64,000 nucleotides of DNA, from the NCBI RefSeq assembly GCF_003918875.1, contig NW_025767469.1:124001-188000 (forward strand), given 5' to 3'. Both the position numbers and the translations under genes were made by a program. Shown one piece after another: positions 14,201-26,270 of the stretch (position 1 is the stretch's first letter; each line of letters begins with the position of its first letter). Below the pieces are notes generated by a model. It was not told the origin of the DNA and ran no database searches. It saw only the letters and a list, made by a program, of their open reading frames with translations. This DNA comes from Haliotis rubra (lineage: Eukaryota).

Positions 14201-15956
14201 CATTGATGCATTTTTCGAAGCTAAATATGAAATATACGTGATGTAATAGGCGTCTCAATACCGGCCTTCGCGAAACGTGATTTTGTAAACACTATCCAAT
14301 ATGGCGGAAAGCGTGTAAGTGTATTTTCGAAAACATCCCAACCGATTCTAGATTCATCGGCAACGTTTCAGAATTATCATTAGCGATTTCATGTAAAAGT
14401 GATATCAGTGTTCATTAATATGTTATTTTTTAAATTCAATACTCCCAGTAATTATCCGATTTTCACATTACAAAACATATAGCAAATAACGCTGTGAATC
14501 GCGATTTCGTACTGTGTCAGAAATGGCGACATCTTCGATGAAGCCTATTTTGAAAAGTCATTTTCAGCACTTGGGCTTTGTCTAAAATAATAGTGGATGG
14601 TATCAAGAAACAGGAAATTTCCCGCAGAATTCGAAACTGTGAAGTGTATTTGTGTGCGTGGGATATTTTGATTTTTTATTGGACTTGAAATTGAGGGTTG
14701 AAGGGGAAGGACATATATGTCCCTGTTGCATCCAGGGGGTAAACGTCGGATGACGTTAGGGGTGATTCGCTGCCACTCATCCTAGAGACAATGTTCCAAT
14801 TGTTGGAGGTTGGCTGGGGGCGCAGGGCGTTTTCTGATTTTCCGATTGAGGTGATCCTATATGTGCTCAATGGGATTCAAATCCGGTGAACACGCTGGCC
14901 ATGGCAAAACCTGTATGTTGGCAAGGAAGTTCTGGGTCAATCTTGCCGTATGAGGCCTAGCGTTATCGTGCTGGAACACGATTCCTCCTGGATGCTGTTG
15001 GGCGAATGGCTGCACGACTGGTCGTAAAACCTCATCCTGGTAACGCTGTGCATTCAGGTTCCCCCCGAATAATGACGAGCCTCGTTTTCACATCACCGCA
15101 GATACCTCCCCACACCATTACACCTGCGCCTCCAAATGCATGGACTTGCTGGATGCAGTTCGGCGCCAAACGTTCACGAACTCTTCGGTATACTCGCTGC
15201 CGACCATCGTTCTTGTAAAGGCAAAACCGGCTTTCGTCCGAAAACAAGACACGTGCCCAGTTTCGACGTTGCCACCGCCGAACACGCCTGGCCCATATCA
15301 ATCGGTTGACTCTGTTTTGACGTGTCAGGTAGACTCCGCGGTAGGGGCGACGTGCACGGATACCATGTGCCTGCAGTCTCCTGTAGACGGTTTGTCGACT
15401 GATCCGGTGTCCCATTCCCGTCGCCGCCGTTAACGTCGCAGGGACGAAGCGGTTACGTAGGTGAAGTAACCGGATGTGGTTGTCTTGAATAGGCGTGGTC
15501 ACCCGGGGGTCTCCCGCTTCTCGGCCTGTCTGTTGTTCGGCCTGTTTGACGCAACTGTCGCATTAACCTGGTAACGGTTATGCGCGCGCATCCAAACGTT
15601 CTTGCTACAGCGGCGTGTGATGCTCCCTGTCGGACCATTCCAACGGCTCTTTCTCTCTCGATCGCTGTCAAACATGCCATTTCTTTTGTGTGCTTTTTAC
15701 TGCTGTGGGCACAACGTGTCGGACCAGCGGTTTTATACAGTTCATCTGCACGTGCATTTCGTGCTACACGACTTAACGTCATTTTGAGTATTCGTGCGAT
15801 TGCTTCTTAAGTGAATAAATGTTACCGGTTTTTTCGATCGAATACGTTTGGTTAGGAACGTGGGATACACAGAAATATGTTTTTTCTCCAAAAAGTATCA
15901 TTAATTTAAAAATATTTAAAAAAAATATTTGGTATCGTTTCTTTTGGACATGAGTT
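11266..15956 (-). mobile_element. Tc1/mariner DNA transposon with a pseudogenised transposase, interrupted by a 3.2 kb insertion
   Basis: 27-bp TIRs AACTAGTGTCCAAAAGAAACGATACCA / AACTCATGTCCAAAAGAAACGATACCA, each flanked by TA. Transposase starts at ATG 15680 (MACLTAIERERAVGM..RSGRP), with FSDESRF, FQHDNARPH and SPDLNPIE motifs plus frameshifts and stops. The C-terminal AAGGHTRY* is displaced to about 11522-11548. Confidence 0.92.
11554..14738. mobile_element. Non-autonomous TIR element (CCCCTGG...CCAGGGG ends, possibly piggyBac-like) nested in the Tc1 transposase
   Basis: Ends CCCCTGGCTGC / GCATCCAGGGG with degenerate TTAA-like flanks. AT-rich interior with no convincing ORF. Splits the transposase near its C-terminus. 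Confidence 0.6.
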
Positions 15957-15984
15957 TACATTTCAAATGGTTGTATATAAACTA

Positions 15985-16437
15985 CAGAGTCGTGCCAAAA
16001 GTATTCGACACTTGACGTAATTTCCATAGACTTACATGTTATTTCAGTGTAGCATAAATAAGTTTCATGAAGTGAGTTTAGGATGGATCTTTGTAATATT
16101 TGACAGGCAACTTTGAAATCACCTCTGCTCTGCACACATAATTTCAGTGAAATTGTCCGACCACTATTTAACTAATGACATCACATTTATCAACTTTCGT
16201 ATGGTTCCACAATGCACAATCCCATAGGCCGCCATGTTAAAGGAGTGCACAGGACTGTACATATGTTGATTAACTTGTTGCCATTCGATAAATAAATAAC
16301 GGAAAATTAAACAGAAATTATGTGATTGTAGGTAAGATGTTTCCTCACAGTTGTACAAAAGTATTTATGCTACGCTAAATAAACATCTAAGTCTATGGAA
16401 ATTACGTCAACTGTCGAATACTTTTTGCACGACTCTG
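15985..16437. mobile_element. Tc1/mariner-type MITE
   Basis: About 80-bp imperfect TIRs starting CAGAGTCGTGC; TA target duplication. Confidence 0.85.
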
Positions 16438-17252
16438 TATATATTCTAATAATTTCGTGCTTTCAAGTTTACACAGATTCCCGAACGTTGGTTGGTTGAG
16501 AGAGCGGTCATGTGATCTAAATTTCAAGGTTCATTACTCTTGAACCCCTATACTTGTGTAAACACCGTTCATACGTGTGTGAACGTTTTTCGCTTCGGTT
16601 TCAAGGACCCCCAATAATTGGTGATACCAATTTCGCGAACGAACCTGTTTCAAGTCACCCCAAGTTTGGCAATGTCACTACCAAACGGATTGCCGAACAT
16701 TGTTCCTTTTCACAGGAGTTTAATGTCTCGCAGTTTGCGGGTTCATCCGGCGGTTTTCTGCCCCGGTCTGTTTAACAACTGCTCAAAAAAATTCACAATA
16801 AACAATCACAAATAAATAGAATACAACAAGATCTGGATCCGGTTGTATCGCCACGCCGCACAACTTCAAAGTCGGTCAGTGTATTATTACGCGGTCAAAC
16901 AAGGTATTTACAAGTGAAAAGGTACAATGCCAGTTTGTTACAATGGTATTGTTATTGCTTCTGATATTTGTTTCTGTTTGATACTGTTATTGATTATACT
17001 TATTAAAGCAGTTTCAAACCTCATAACGAATTTGTTGTTATATTTTAAAGATCGAATACTTTGAGAACTATTTCTTCAAGGGTTGGGATACATGTGTAAA
17101 AATAAAATCGCTGTGTATACAAACATCGCTGCAATACGTACGTTCTTGAACCAAATGGCATTACAACATTTTACAGGTATTAAAACACACTAAACAATGA
17201 TCATCTACAAGTGGGTGGAAAACGTATGTGTAAACTTCAAAGTGCGAAATTA

Positions 17253-17424
17253 TAAGAATTGAATGTCAGTTTGTGTGTTTGCACTGAAAAATGAACGATG
17301 TCAAAGCGTTGTTCAAACTCTCGCGTGAACTCGCTCGTAAACTCGCTCGTTCACACGAGTTTGAACACCGCTTTGACATCGTTCATTTTTCAGTGCAAAC
17401 ACACAAACTGACATTCAATTCTTA
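17253..17424. repeat. Near-perfect palindrome (about 75-bp arms), probably the end of a non-autonomous element
   Basis: AATTGAATGTCAGTTTGTGTGTTTGCACTGAAAAATGAACG... and its reverse complement around a short CTCGCTCG loop. Confidence 0.8.
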
Positions 17425-17718
17425 ATTGAAACTATCCGAGTTATCTTGAGTATGTGAAATGTGTTCGAGACAAACTGTAATTCGAGTTTTCCAGTTCCAC
17501 AGTACCAAGTATAAATGATGAAAAATACAAAGAACGACCTCGCAGGCATCGAAAGTCGAGTTGGAGACCTGAAGTTCGTATGAGAATTTAAACGACGGAA
17601 GTGCTTTTGTATCCTTTGTAGCCGTATGTAATAAGTTATTGTCAGCAAATATATTCATACACAACAGTGAAAATCATCGCGCACAAACTGAACGAAGTGA
17701 TTGTTTAAATACGTTTAT

Positions 17719-17783
<65 letters not shown>

Positions 17784-17838
17784 GATATATATATATATAT
17801 ATAAGAAGAAGTTTCTGAAATAATTACACAACACGGAT

Positions 17839-17876
17839 CTTCTCCAACATGTTTCACTTTTATCTTCAGGGAGAAG
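17839..17876 (-). ncRNA. Minimal type-I hammerhead ribozyme motif (Penelope-associated)
   Basis: On the minus strand: CTTCTCC-CTGAAGA-TAAAAGT-GAAAC-ATGTT-GGAGAAG. 7-bp stem I, CUGAnGA and GAAA cores, palindromic ACATGT stem III; stem II essentially unpaired. Confidence 0.65.
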
Positions 17877-18767
17877 TGATTACAGTTAAACGGATTATGT
17901 TATGACGTCAATTTGTCATGACGTCACAATGCAACTATACAAATGTTGTGACGCGGCGTTGCCATGACGTCACATTGGCGGCTTTATATTGACAGTACTA
18001 GTAGCACAATGAAAACAAGTATAATTCAGACACATTGCGTTACCCATTTAACGATGGACACAATTCTTTGATGAAAAAGTTTTCTTTAGCTTTACGCTGC
18101 ATGGCGTCAGCAGTATTCATTTTATAGAAAGGGAATATTTTAAATTTTATTTCCTTTCCTGCTGCGCAATTGTCAATGTGAGCGCTTAAGGGGATGCACC
18201 TTGTTTTGGGGTCCTTAATCTGTTGTTTATGGACGCGCATTCTGTCCCTCAAGCACTCCGTTTGTCCAATGTATTCTTCATGACACCCTTGGCATATAAT
18301 AACATAAATAATATGTTTTGTGGAGCAGTCCATGTTAGAGCGTACATGAAATAATTGTTTCCTGTTTTTGAACTTTATACATGAAGTTTCAAGTATATAT
18401 TCACAAGTTCCACAATTTCCCCGTTTACATTTTGAGACACTGAATTCTGTAGGTTTAATACATGAGTCGAATGAAAGCAGCAGGAAAGGAAATAAAATTT
18501 AAAATATTCCCTTTCTATAAAATGAATACTGCTGACGCCATGCAGCGTAAAGCTAAAGAAAACTTTTTCATCAAAGAATTGTGTCCATCGTTAAATAGGT
18601 AACGCAATGTGTCTGAATTATACTTGTTTTCATTGTGCTACTAGTACTGTCAATATAAAGCTGCCAATGTGACGTCATGGCAACGCCGCGTCACAACATT
18701 TGTATACAGTTGCATTGTGACGTCATGACAAATTGACGTCATTACATAATCCGTTTAACTGTAATCA

Positions 18768-18805
18768 CTTCTCCCTGAAGATAAAAGTGAAACATGTTGG
18801 AGAAG
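18768..18805 (+). ncRNA. Minimal type-I hammerhead ribozyme motif (inverted copy)
   Basis: Same motif as 17839-17876 on the opposite strand. Confidence 0.65.
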
Positions 18806-18883
18806 ATCCGTGTCGTCGTGTGATTATTTCAGAAACTTTTTCTTATATATGTACTACTGTACGCTCGGTATTCTCATCACTTT

Positions 18884-18929
<46 letters not shown>

Positions 18930-18986
18930 TGCAAAGATATGTCAAATTAGTTAATAACTGCATTCGTTTATAAATAGTTCTAGAGG

Positions 18987-19225
18987 ACCCGTGAAGATCC
19001 GGGTTAGAAAGAATTGGTCTTCAGTAACCCATGCTTGTCGTAGCGACTAAAAGGATCGTGTGATCAGACTTGCTGACTTAGTTGACACATTGTCATAGTT
19101 ATCAAATTGCGTAGATTGCCGATGTTGATCACTGGATTGTCTGGTCCATTATTTTATTATAATTATTTTCAGACTGCAGCCATATAGCTGGAAAATTGCT
19201 GTGGGGCGTTAAACAAACAAACAAA
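18987..19225 (+). mobile_element. SINE-B
   Basis: Family match. Confidence 0.82.
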
Positions 19226-19574
19226 CGCTGTCTAATGTAAGCTGCCCCCTATGCTTCTAGCTTGTAGGGATTCCGAACCACGACTATAGGCCCCATTGAC
19301 CACTAATGTTTGTTGGGAAAAGGGACTAAGTGGTTCGGCTTAATCTGTTTGGGTAGCTGTTTGATTGCATGTTACCATACACTGTCGGTGTGGGTCGTCG
19401 CTCATAATATCACTCACTGGTTTGTCTAGTGCGGATCCTCTTAATAAAACTGGAATATTGTTCCGTTAAATCAAACTCACATGCTATCTTACTGTATTAC
19501 CCCAGTCTATTTCGTAAGAGACAAACATACAACAAGACATACAGTCACAGACCGACGGTTTGTGCGCTTGTTGT

Positions 19575-19783
19575 ATCACGCCACACAATATTACAGCTCT
19601 ATGGCGGTAAATATTCGAGTCTGGACAATCCAGTGATCAACAGCATGAACATCGATCAACGCAATTGGGTCAGGATGACATGTGTCAACCAAATCAGCGA
19701 GTCTGACCACCCGATCCCGTTAGTCGCCTCTTACGACAAGCATGGGTTGCTGAACACCAATTCTAACCCGGATTTTCACGGGT
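19575..19783 (-). mobile_element. SINE-B
   Basis: Family match. Confidence 0.82.
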
Positions 19784-20032
19784 GACGACCGACGGAGTAC
19801 AACATAATTATATACAGCACATACGTACAACGAGTACATGCATCGTATGGCACGTAAGTACAACCAGACTTATGACCCTTGACCCACGTCATCTGATCCC
19901 GACGCTTGTCACCGCCCACTGAACTGATATCAGATACCATACGTCATATGATCGCTAGCCTGCCATTGTGTCAGTTAGACGGATAACCATACTTACATGT
20001 GGTAACTGTCCAGGGACAAAATATACAGAACA

Positions 20033-21686
20033 ATGGCTTCCCCTCGTCTCATCATTACCGTGCTGATTCTCTGTGTCGTTAGTACATATGGCTACACACC
20101 AGCCACCTGTGAGTATATGTTTCCTTGTATGACTTACAGCGGCTACGTGTTAATAATTAGGGAGTGTATAGCCAGGAAATATGTACAAGCAACAACATTA
20201 TAATCAGGGAATGTGTATAACCTGTGGGCCTGCAAAATGAGGGAATGCGTATACTCGGGGAGGGTGTGTTACCAGAAAGTTTGTATAATCAGGGAATGGG
20301 TATAATCAGGGAGTGTGTATAATCAGCAGTATGTATAACAGAGTGAGTGGATGAGTTTGGTTTTACGCCGCTTTTAGCAATATTCCAGCAATATCACGGC
20401 GGGGGACACCAGAAATGGGCTTAACACATTGTACCCATGTGGGGATTCGAACCCGGGTCTTCGGCGTGACGAGCCAACGCTTTAACCACTAGGCTACCCC
20501 ACCGCCTGTATAAACAGAGAGTATGTATAATTAGGAATGTGTATCATCATAGAGTATGAATAATTAGGAATGTGTATGAGATAAGGATGACTGACTGACT
20601 GAGTTTAGTTTTACGCCGCATTTAGCAATTTTCCAGCAATATCACGGCGGGGGACACCAGAAATGGGCTTGACACATTGTGCCCATGCAGGGAATCGAAC
20701 CCGGGCCTTCGGCGTGACGAGCCAACGCTTTAACCACTAGGCTACCCCACCGCCCAGATAAGGATGAACAACTTCTTTATTCGGATGAGGCGACGTTTCG
20801 ATACAGATTCTTGCATCGTTGTCAAGCAAGTGAATGTGTATATCAAGGAGTATGTATATCTAGGAATGTGTATGATCAGGGGGTGTAATATTTAGGGGTG
20901 AGTGAGTGAGTTTAGTTTTACGCCGCACTCAGCAATACTCCAGCTATATGGTGGCAGTCTAAAATAATCGACACAGGATCAGACAATTCAGGGATCAACA
21001 GCATGAACATCGATCTACGCAATTTGGATATTAGTTACCTCTTACAGGCATGGGTTACTGAAGATCAACTCTAACCCGGATCTTCACGGGTGTGATATTC
21101 AGGGAATGTTTATAGTCAGAGAAGATCTCTTTTAATCAGGGATTGTGCAGAATCAGGTTATATGTGTAACCAGAGGTTGTGGGGCGCGGTGGGCGAGCTG
21201 GCTAAGGCGCCAGGCTAGTGATCCAGCGAGGTTGATGTGTCGGGATCGAGCCCACCTGTGACCGGGTGTAAAAAACCTTGGAGTCAACTTTGTGTGCAGA
21301 CTCTTCCAGTGTTGTCACAACCCCTAGTGTACAGTACACAACCCTGTGCACATAAAAGAACCCACGAATCCGTTGGTATTAGACCAGGTGGTGGCCACAT
21401 GAATACATGCAAACACCTAGTTGCGGGTACAGCAACGTGCAGTGAACATGGACAAAGTACTGTGACTCTGTGTCCCAGTCCACCCAGCTGTGAATGGGTA
21501 CCTCGTTAGGATGAGAAAGCCACAATAACTTGGTGCGCCTAGTGGCTGCAAGAGTTGTATACTCCCCAAGGAGCTCAAGCTGATAATGCCATGTGCCGTT
21601 GAGATTGACATCCAATGATCGAGGTAAAAAATACCAGCGCCTTGAGCATGCACTAGTGCGTGGATATGTGCGCTATATAAATATCC

Positions 21687-21717
<31 letters not shown>

Positions 21718-24700
21718 TCTGAGAATGTGTATAATAAGGAAGTGTGTACAATCAGGAAGTGTGTATAATCAGGCAATATGAGTAACCGAAGATCGTGTAT
21801 GATTAGAACACGCGTTGTCGACCTGGAATAAAGCAGTGGTCGGATTCGATGGTAACTAACAGCAACACATAACGGGTTTTCATACTCATGGGTGATGGAA
21901 AAACGATGTGTACACCACAAGCAATGAGAATCCAGCTCATTGCCCAGGACGAGGTCAGACATAAATCCGTACATTCGTTTTAAACCCTACTTCCGGTATG
22001 GTGTCTTGTTGAACGGCAGGTGTGACAGTTTTGGAAGTCAATCCAAACTATAAACCAGAACGTGTAGGTTTTAGAAACACTAGACGCAAGCGACCTCGTG
22101 CATTAACAATAATAGTGCAGGACAAAACTGTACTTTATTAAACTTGACCTGGGGGTAGATCGAATTGTATTTCTTTAGCGTTGTTCACTTATGTGAGTTC
22201 TTATGGTTCCAAGTGTGGAATTAAATGCAAGTTGGAGCACGGTCCCGCCCTGGATTCGATCTCGGAATATTCTGAATGCCAAGCCAGTGGTATTACCACT
22301 GCCACCGGAGTGGACAAAACGTCAGGAAACTATTTATGTGTTCATAAATATTTACGGAAATATTTTACATGCGTTTGAGTTCATTTTGTCAGCTATAATT
22401 CGAAACATAATATGAAATGGAAAAGCAAATACTGTTTCAAATGCCTCAAATAGCTATGAGTTATGCCAACCCTGGTATACTATCCAGTATACCAATAGTT
22501 TGAAACTTCTATATCAACTGATTACTGTAACTGTAGCTGTAACCATGGCTACCACAAAATATACGGTTGCCTTACATGTTTCATATGCAATCTCTATCCG
22601 TCAGTATGGACATTAGAAACGTTACAATATTAGGAACTATACATGCTGTATTTTCAATGTAGAGCTCGGTTACCTATAGATAGAACTCCGCTTAATTGTT
22701 TGTTGTTGTTTAACGCCGCACTCTGTAAATAATAAACAGCATGGGAATCAGTTTTCATAATTGGATACAAGGCGTCAGTCAAGTCAGTGAGCCTGACCAC
22801 CTGATCCCGTTAGTCACCTCTTCCGACAAGCATAGGTTGCAGAAGACCAATTCTAACTCGGATCTTCACGGGTCCCCGCTCAATTGAATTTGGCACCGAC
22901 GGCACTTATCGCTATATCGAGATGCTTTAGAATGACTAAAAAAGAAGTTCTTATTAAATAAATATTACTTACTGCGGCGATGCAGCCGTTTCAAACAGAG
23001 GTTTTTATTGGGATTTCATACCTCTGATTGACCACTAAGAACCGTTTCTAACAGAGGTTGTTATTGAAATTTGAAACCGCTGATTGAACAATAAAAACCG
23101 TTTCAAACAGAGGTTGTTATTGAAATTGTAAACCTCTGATTGACCAATAAGAACCGTTTCAAGCAGAGGTTGTTATTGAAATTTTAAACCTCTGATTGAC
23201 CAATAAGAACCGTTTCAAACAGAGGTTGTTATTGGGGTTTGAAACCTCTGATTGACTAATACGAATGGAGTATGCCAGAGCATGAATGATGCGTCCCATT
23301 GTGTTTGAAAAACAGACTACATGGATGAAGAATGTAGCTTCAGGATAACGAGCACCAAGGATGCCAGACTGAGGCTAACCTACCACTCCAACACCCATCT
23401 CTTCCGGAACTGGCAGTGTACCACTTCATTCAGGACGACTGTTATAGGGGACCGATTGCAAGTTCGACTGAGGACCATAGACACTCCTTCAACCTTCAAC
23501 TGCCGACAAAACTCCTTGCAAATACTTGACAGCGATCAACAGACATCTTTGAACGGTAAGTTCGTATCATATTTAAACGACAACACAAACATTATGTTTT
23601 TAAAATGGATGTAAGGCCATATGTATTACAAATAAGGACAGAATAGTATCCTTGTCCAGATACCGCGGTCAGTGTCAGTGTGATGATACAATTTGGTAAT
23701 AGCAAACCTGGGACTAAACCCGGAGGATCCTGATACTTAAGGGAGGTAACTCTGCATATACCACTGTGTCTAATATAATCTTTAATCATTCAACAAAAGG
23801 GGGGTTCACATTGTACACTGTACTCACTGATGTCCCATCTTTGTACGACCAGGGCGATTTGGCGACTGTGGTACAGTAGTTCACACCAGAACATACCAGA
23901 CAAGTGGAAGTTCCGTCACATTCAAGTTCAAAACAGACAGCAGTTTCCAGTATGGCCAGTTTGACATCCTCATCACGTCTTTCAACACAGCTGACAATGG
24001 TAAGGAGCGAGTGAGTTACGTTTTACGTCGCTTTAGGTATATTCCAATATCATGTCGGGGACATCAGGGCCCCGTTTCACAAAACTCTCGTAAGCCTAGG
24101 ATCTCGTTACTTTTCTCGTAGCATTCATACTCCCTATGTTACAGTATAGGAGGTACGACTGCTACGAGAAAAGCTACGAGATCTTAGGCCTACTTGAGCT
24201 TTTTGAAACGGGGCCCAGAAAAGGTTTCACAGATTGTACCTAGCGAACCCGGTCTTCAGCTCAATGGTAAGGAAGAATATTGAATAGTGCCTGATATGGC
24301 ATCATCTTCATGTATCATGCAATTGTTTATTTTTAATTAGATATACAAAATGCATTCAGCGATTTGAGCATGCACAAGTGTGTGGATATACAAATATCCA
24401 ATAACAAAAGAATAATGATAAAATTCTCTGAACGTACATTTGTTTGTTCACCATCAGCCAGATCAGACCTTGTGACCAACCAATTCTCACTTATCACCTC
24501 TTACGAGCGTGATTGAATATGGTTTTTGCAACATTCCAGCAATATCACGGAGGGGGGCACGATAAAAAGGGTTTCACACAGTATACCCATTTGGAGAATC
24601 GAACCGGGTCTACGGAATGACGCTCTTACCATTGGACTACCCCATTGCCCTAGCTCTTACGAAGCATGGTGACTGAGAACCATGCGCTCGTAGGGTATGA

Positions 24701-25973
24701 CGTTAAAACAAACGGCCCAATACCCAATGTCCTGACATTCATCTTAGATTTTATTGTTTTACGACGCACTCAGCAATATTCCAGCTATATGGCGACAGTC
24801 TGTAAATATTCGAGTCTGGATCAGACAAGCCAATGATCAACATCATGAGCATCGATCTATGCAGTGGATACGATAACCTTCACCAACGTTTTCCCTTTTA
24901 CGAGTTTGCATTTTAAGGTTCAGAATTATTGTTCTGAAGTCAGTTTTGATAAAAACATATTTATTGTTTCTGGTATGGAAAACCCCTTTTGTGTTGAAAT
25001 TAGAAGCATTCAATACGTGTGAGCGTTATTATTATTACGTTATTGTTATTAATGACGCTCTGAAACGATCTCCTTTCAAACAAATGCATTTGGACTAAGC
25101 TTCTAAGTATGCTGCGTAGTCGCTTGTAAAATATCTCTCTTCTGTAAAGCGTTACCTGTACACGTACCTATTTAATTAGCTTTATTGTTATCCAGGGACA
25201 TGTGCCGCAAGTCGATTTATCTGTGATAACGACCTCTGCATCAGCAAAACCCTCACATGCAACGGCTACAACGACTGCGGTGATGATAGTGATGAGATCT
25301 ACGACTGTCGTCTCAGTGGAGGGGCCATAGCCGGCATTGCTATAGGCGTTGTCTTCTTCTTGGTCATCTGCACCTTCTTCGCTGTCGTCGGCAGGGCAAG
25401 AAGGAGACGTTATCAGAGAATTTGTGAGGTGAGTGAGTGAGCCTACTTGTACGCCGCTTGTAGCAATATTCCTGAAATATCACGACGGGGGACACCGGAA
25501 AGGGGCTTCACACGTATGCTTTAACCATTAGGCCACCCCCGCCCTCACGTCAGTAAGTGAGTAGTGAGTGAGTGAGTAAAGTTTTACGCCAGGTTTAGAA
25601 TATTCCACTAACGGCAGCGAATAGGCTTTACATGTTTGCAACCATGAGAGGAATCGAACCTGGCCAATCTCCTTAACGAGCAAACGCTTTTATCGCCTGT
25701 CTGTACTGTCTACTATCCGATAATCGATAAGCAAACCCTATAATCCGGACTTACAAGTTATGTGAATTTAAAGTTGAATGGATCACTGAGAAGTTCACAT
25801 CAGTTGATGGCATTCTCGTGTCAGTTGTGTTTTGGAAATGCTAGAGAACGATGATGTCATGCTAAATTATATCGTTGCAGGCCAAGCCGTACCGACCTGT
25901 GCAGACAACCACGACGGTGTACCCAAACAACGCCCACACCCAGTATCAAAAACCGTCATACCAGACATACTGA
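20033..25973 (+). CDS. Gene B: signal peptide-CUB-LDLa-TM type I membrane protein, about 262 aa, 5 coding exons
   Basis: join(20033-20108,23316-23555,23853-23999,25196-25428,25881-25973); 789 nt open, same phases as gene A. MASPRLIITVLILCVVSTYGYTPAT|YYMDEEC..; LDLa CAASRFICDNDLCISKTLTCNGYNDCGDDSDEIYDC; TM GAIAGIAIGVVFFLVICTFFAVVG; tail RARRRRYQRICE|AKPYRPVQTTTTVYPNNAHTQYQKPSYQTY*. Confidence 0.92.
20341..20506 (-). mobile_element. SINE-A
   Basis: Family match. Confidence 0.9.
20588..20755 (-). mobile_element. SINE-A
   Basis: Family match; TSD agataaggatga. Confidence 0.9.
20898..21091 (-). mobile_element. SINE-B, internally deleted
   Basis: Family match. Confidence 0.8.
21181..21718 (+). 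mobile_element. SINE-D: long tRNA-derived SINE with an L2-like 3' end and (AAT)n tail
   Basis: tRNA-like head; GTCCACCCAGCTGTGAATGGGTACC core; GCGCCTTGAGC..GCGCTATATAAAT(AAT)n. Confidence 0.75.
22700..22873 (-). mobile_element. SINE-B, diverged
   Basis: Family match; TSD-like ccgct(t/c)aattg. Confidence 0.75.
22985..23265. repeat. ~56-bp minisatellite, 5 copies, each with an internal hairpin (CAGAGGTT..AACCTCTG)
   Basis: Seen directly; ends about 50 bp before gene B exon 2. Confidence 0.9.
24067..24216. mobile_element. Palindromic MITE (GGGCCC ends, PIF/Harbinger-like)
   Basis: Full-length hairpin GGGCCCCGTTTCACAAAA...TTTTGAAACGGGGCCC. Confidence 0.7.
25429..25545 (-). mobile_element. Degenerate SINE-A whose tail overlaps the gene B exon-4 splice donor
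   Basis: GTGAGTGAGTGA followed by ACGCCGCTTGTAGCAATATTCC..GGGGACACC. Confidence 0.75.
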
Positions 25974-25997
25974 TACTGGCACCAACACACAGCCATA

Positions 25998-26165
25998 GTG
26001 AGTGAGAGAGTTTTGGTTTTACGCCGCTTTTAGCAATAATCCAGCAATATCACGGCGGGGGACACCAGAAACGGGCTTCACACATTGTACCAATGTGGGG
26101 AATCGAACCCGGGCCTTCGGCGTGACGAGCGAACGCTTTAACCACTAGGCTTCCCCACCGTCCCT
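25998..26165 (-). mobile_element. SINE-A, 25 bp after the gene B stop
   Basis: Family match; TSD acagccata. Confidence 0.9.
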
Positions 26166-26270
26166 CTTACAGCCATAAACTTAATACTTGATCAATTGAT
26201 ACTAATACCAACACTGTGAAACTACGGCCACGACCTTCATACCAGACCTGCTGGTACTTATACCAACAAG

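Larger units (their letters stand above)
17800..18850 (-). mobile_element. Penelope-like retroelement 3' remnant (GIY-YIG endonuclease) with inverted pLTR-like duplication
   Basis: ORF 18040-18333: IIYVIICQGC..YIGQT..LRDRMRVH..SAH..R..KE.FFI..LNG, preceded by a C..GNC.TC motif. About 365 bp (17805-18168) is repeated inverted at 18478-18848. Both flanks are (TA)n. Confidence 0.88.
20150..21790. repeat. Degenerate ~20-bp tandem array (TGTGTATAATCAGGGA..) broken by several SINE insertions, gene B intron 1
   Basis: Units recur at 20150-20340, 20510-20580, 20830-20895, 21095-21180 and 21720-21790. Confidence 0.7.

Noticed and set aside
18040-18333. Host nuclease or homing endonuclease gene
   Set aside because: It is a truncated GIY-YIG domain with a pLTR-like inverted repeat and hammerhead motifs, consistent with a Penelope remnant.
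20768-20833. Third hammerhead-like motif on the minus strand (TTGACAA..GAAACGTC)
   Set aside because: The core deviates from CUGAnGA and stem I is only about 2 bp. At most a decayed Penelope-type end.
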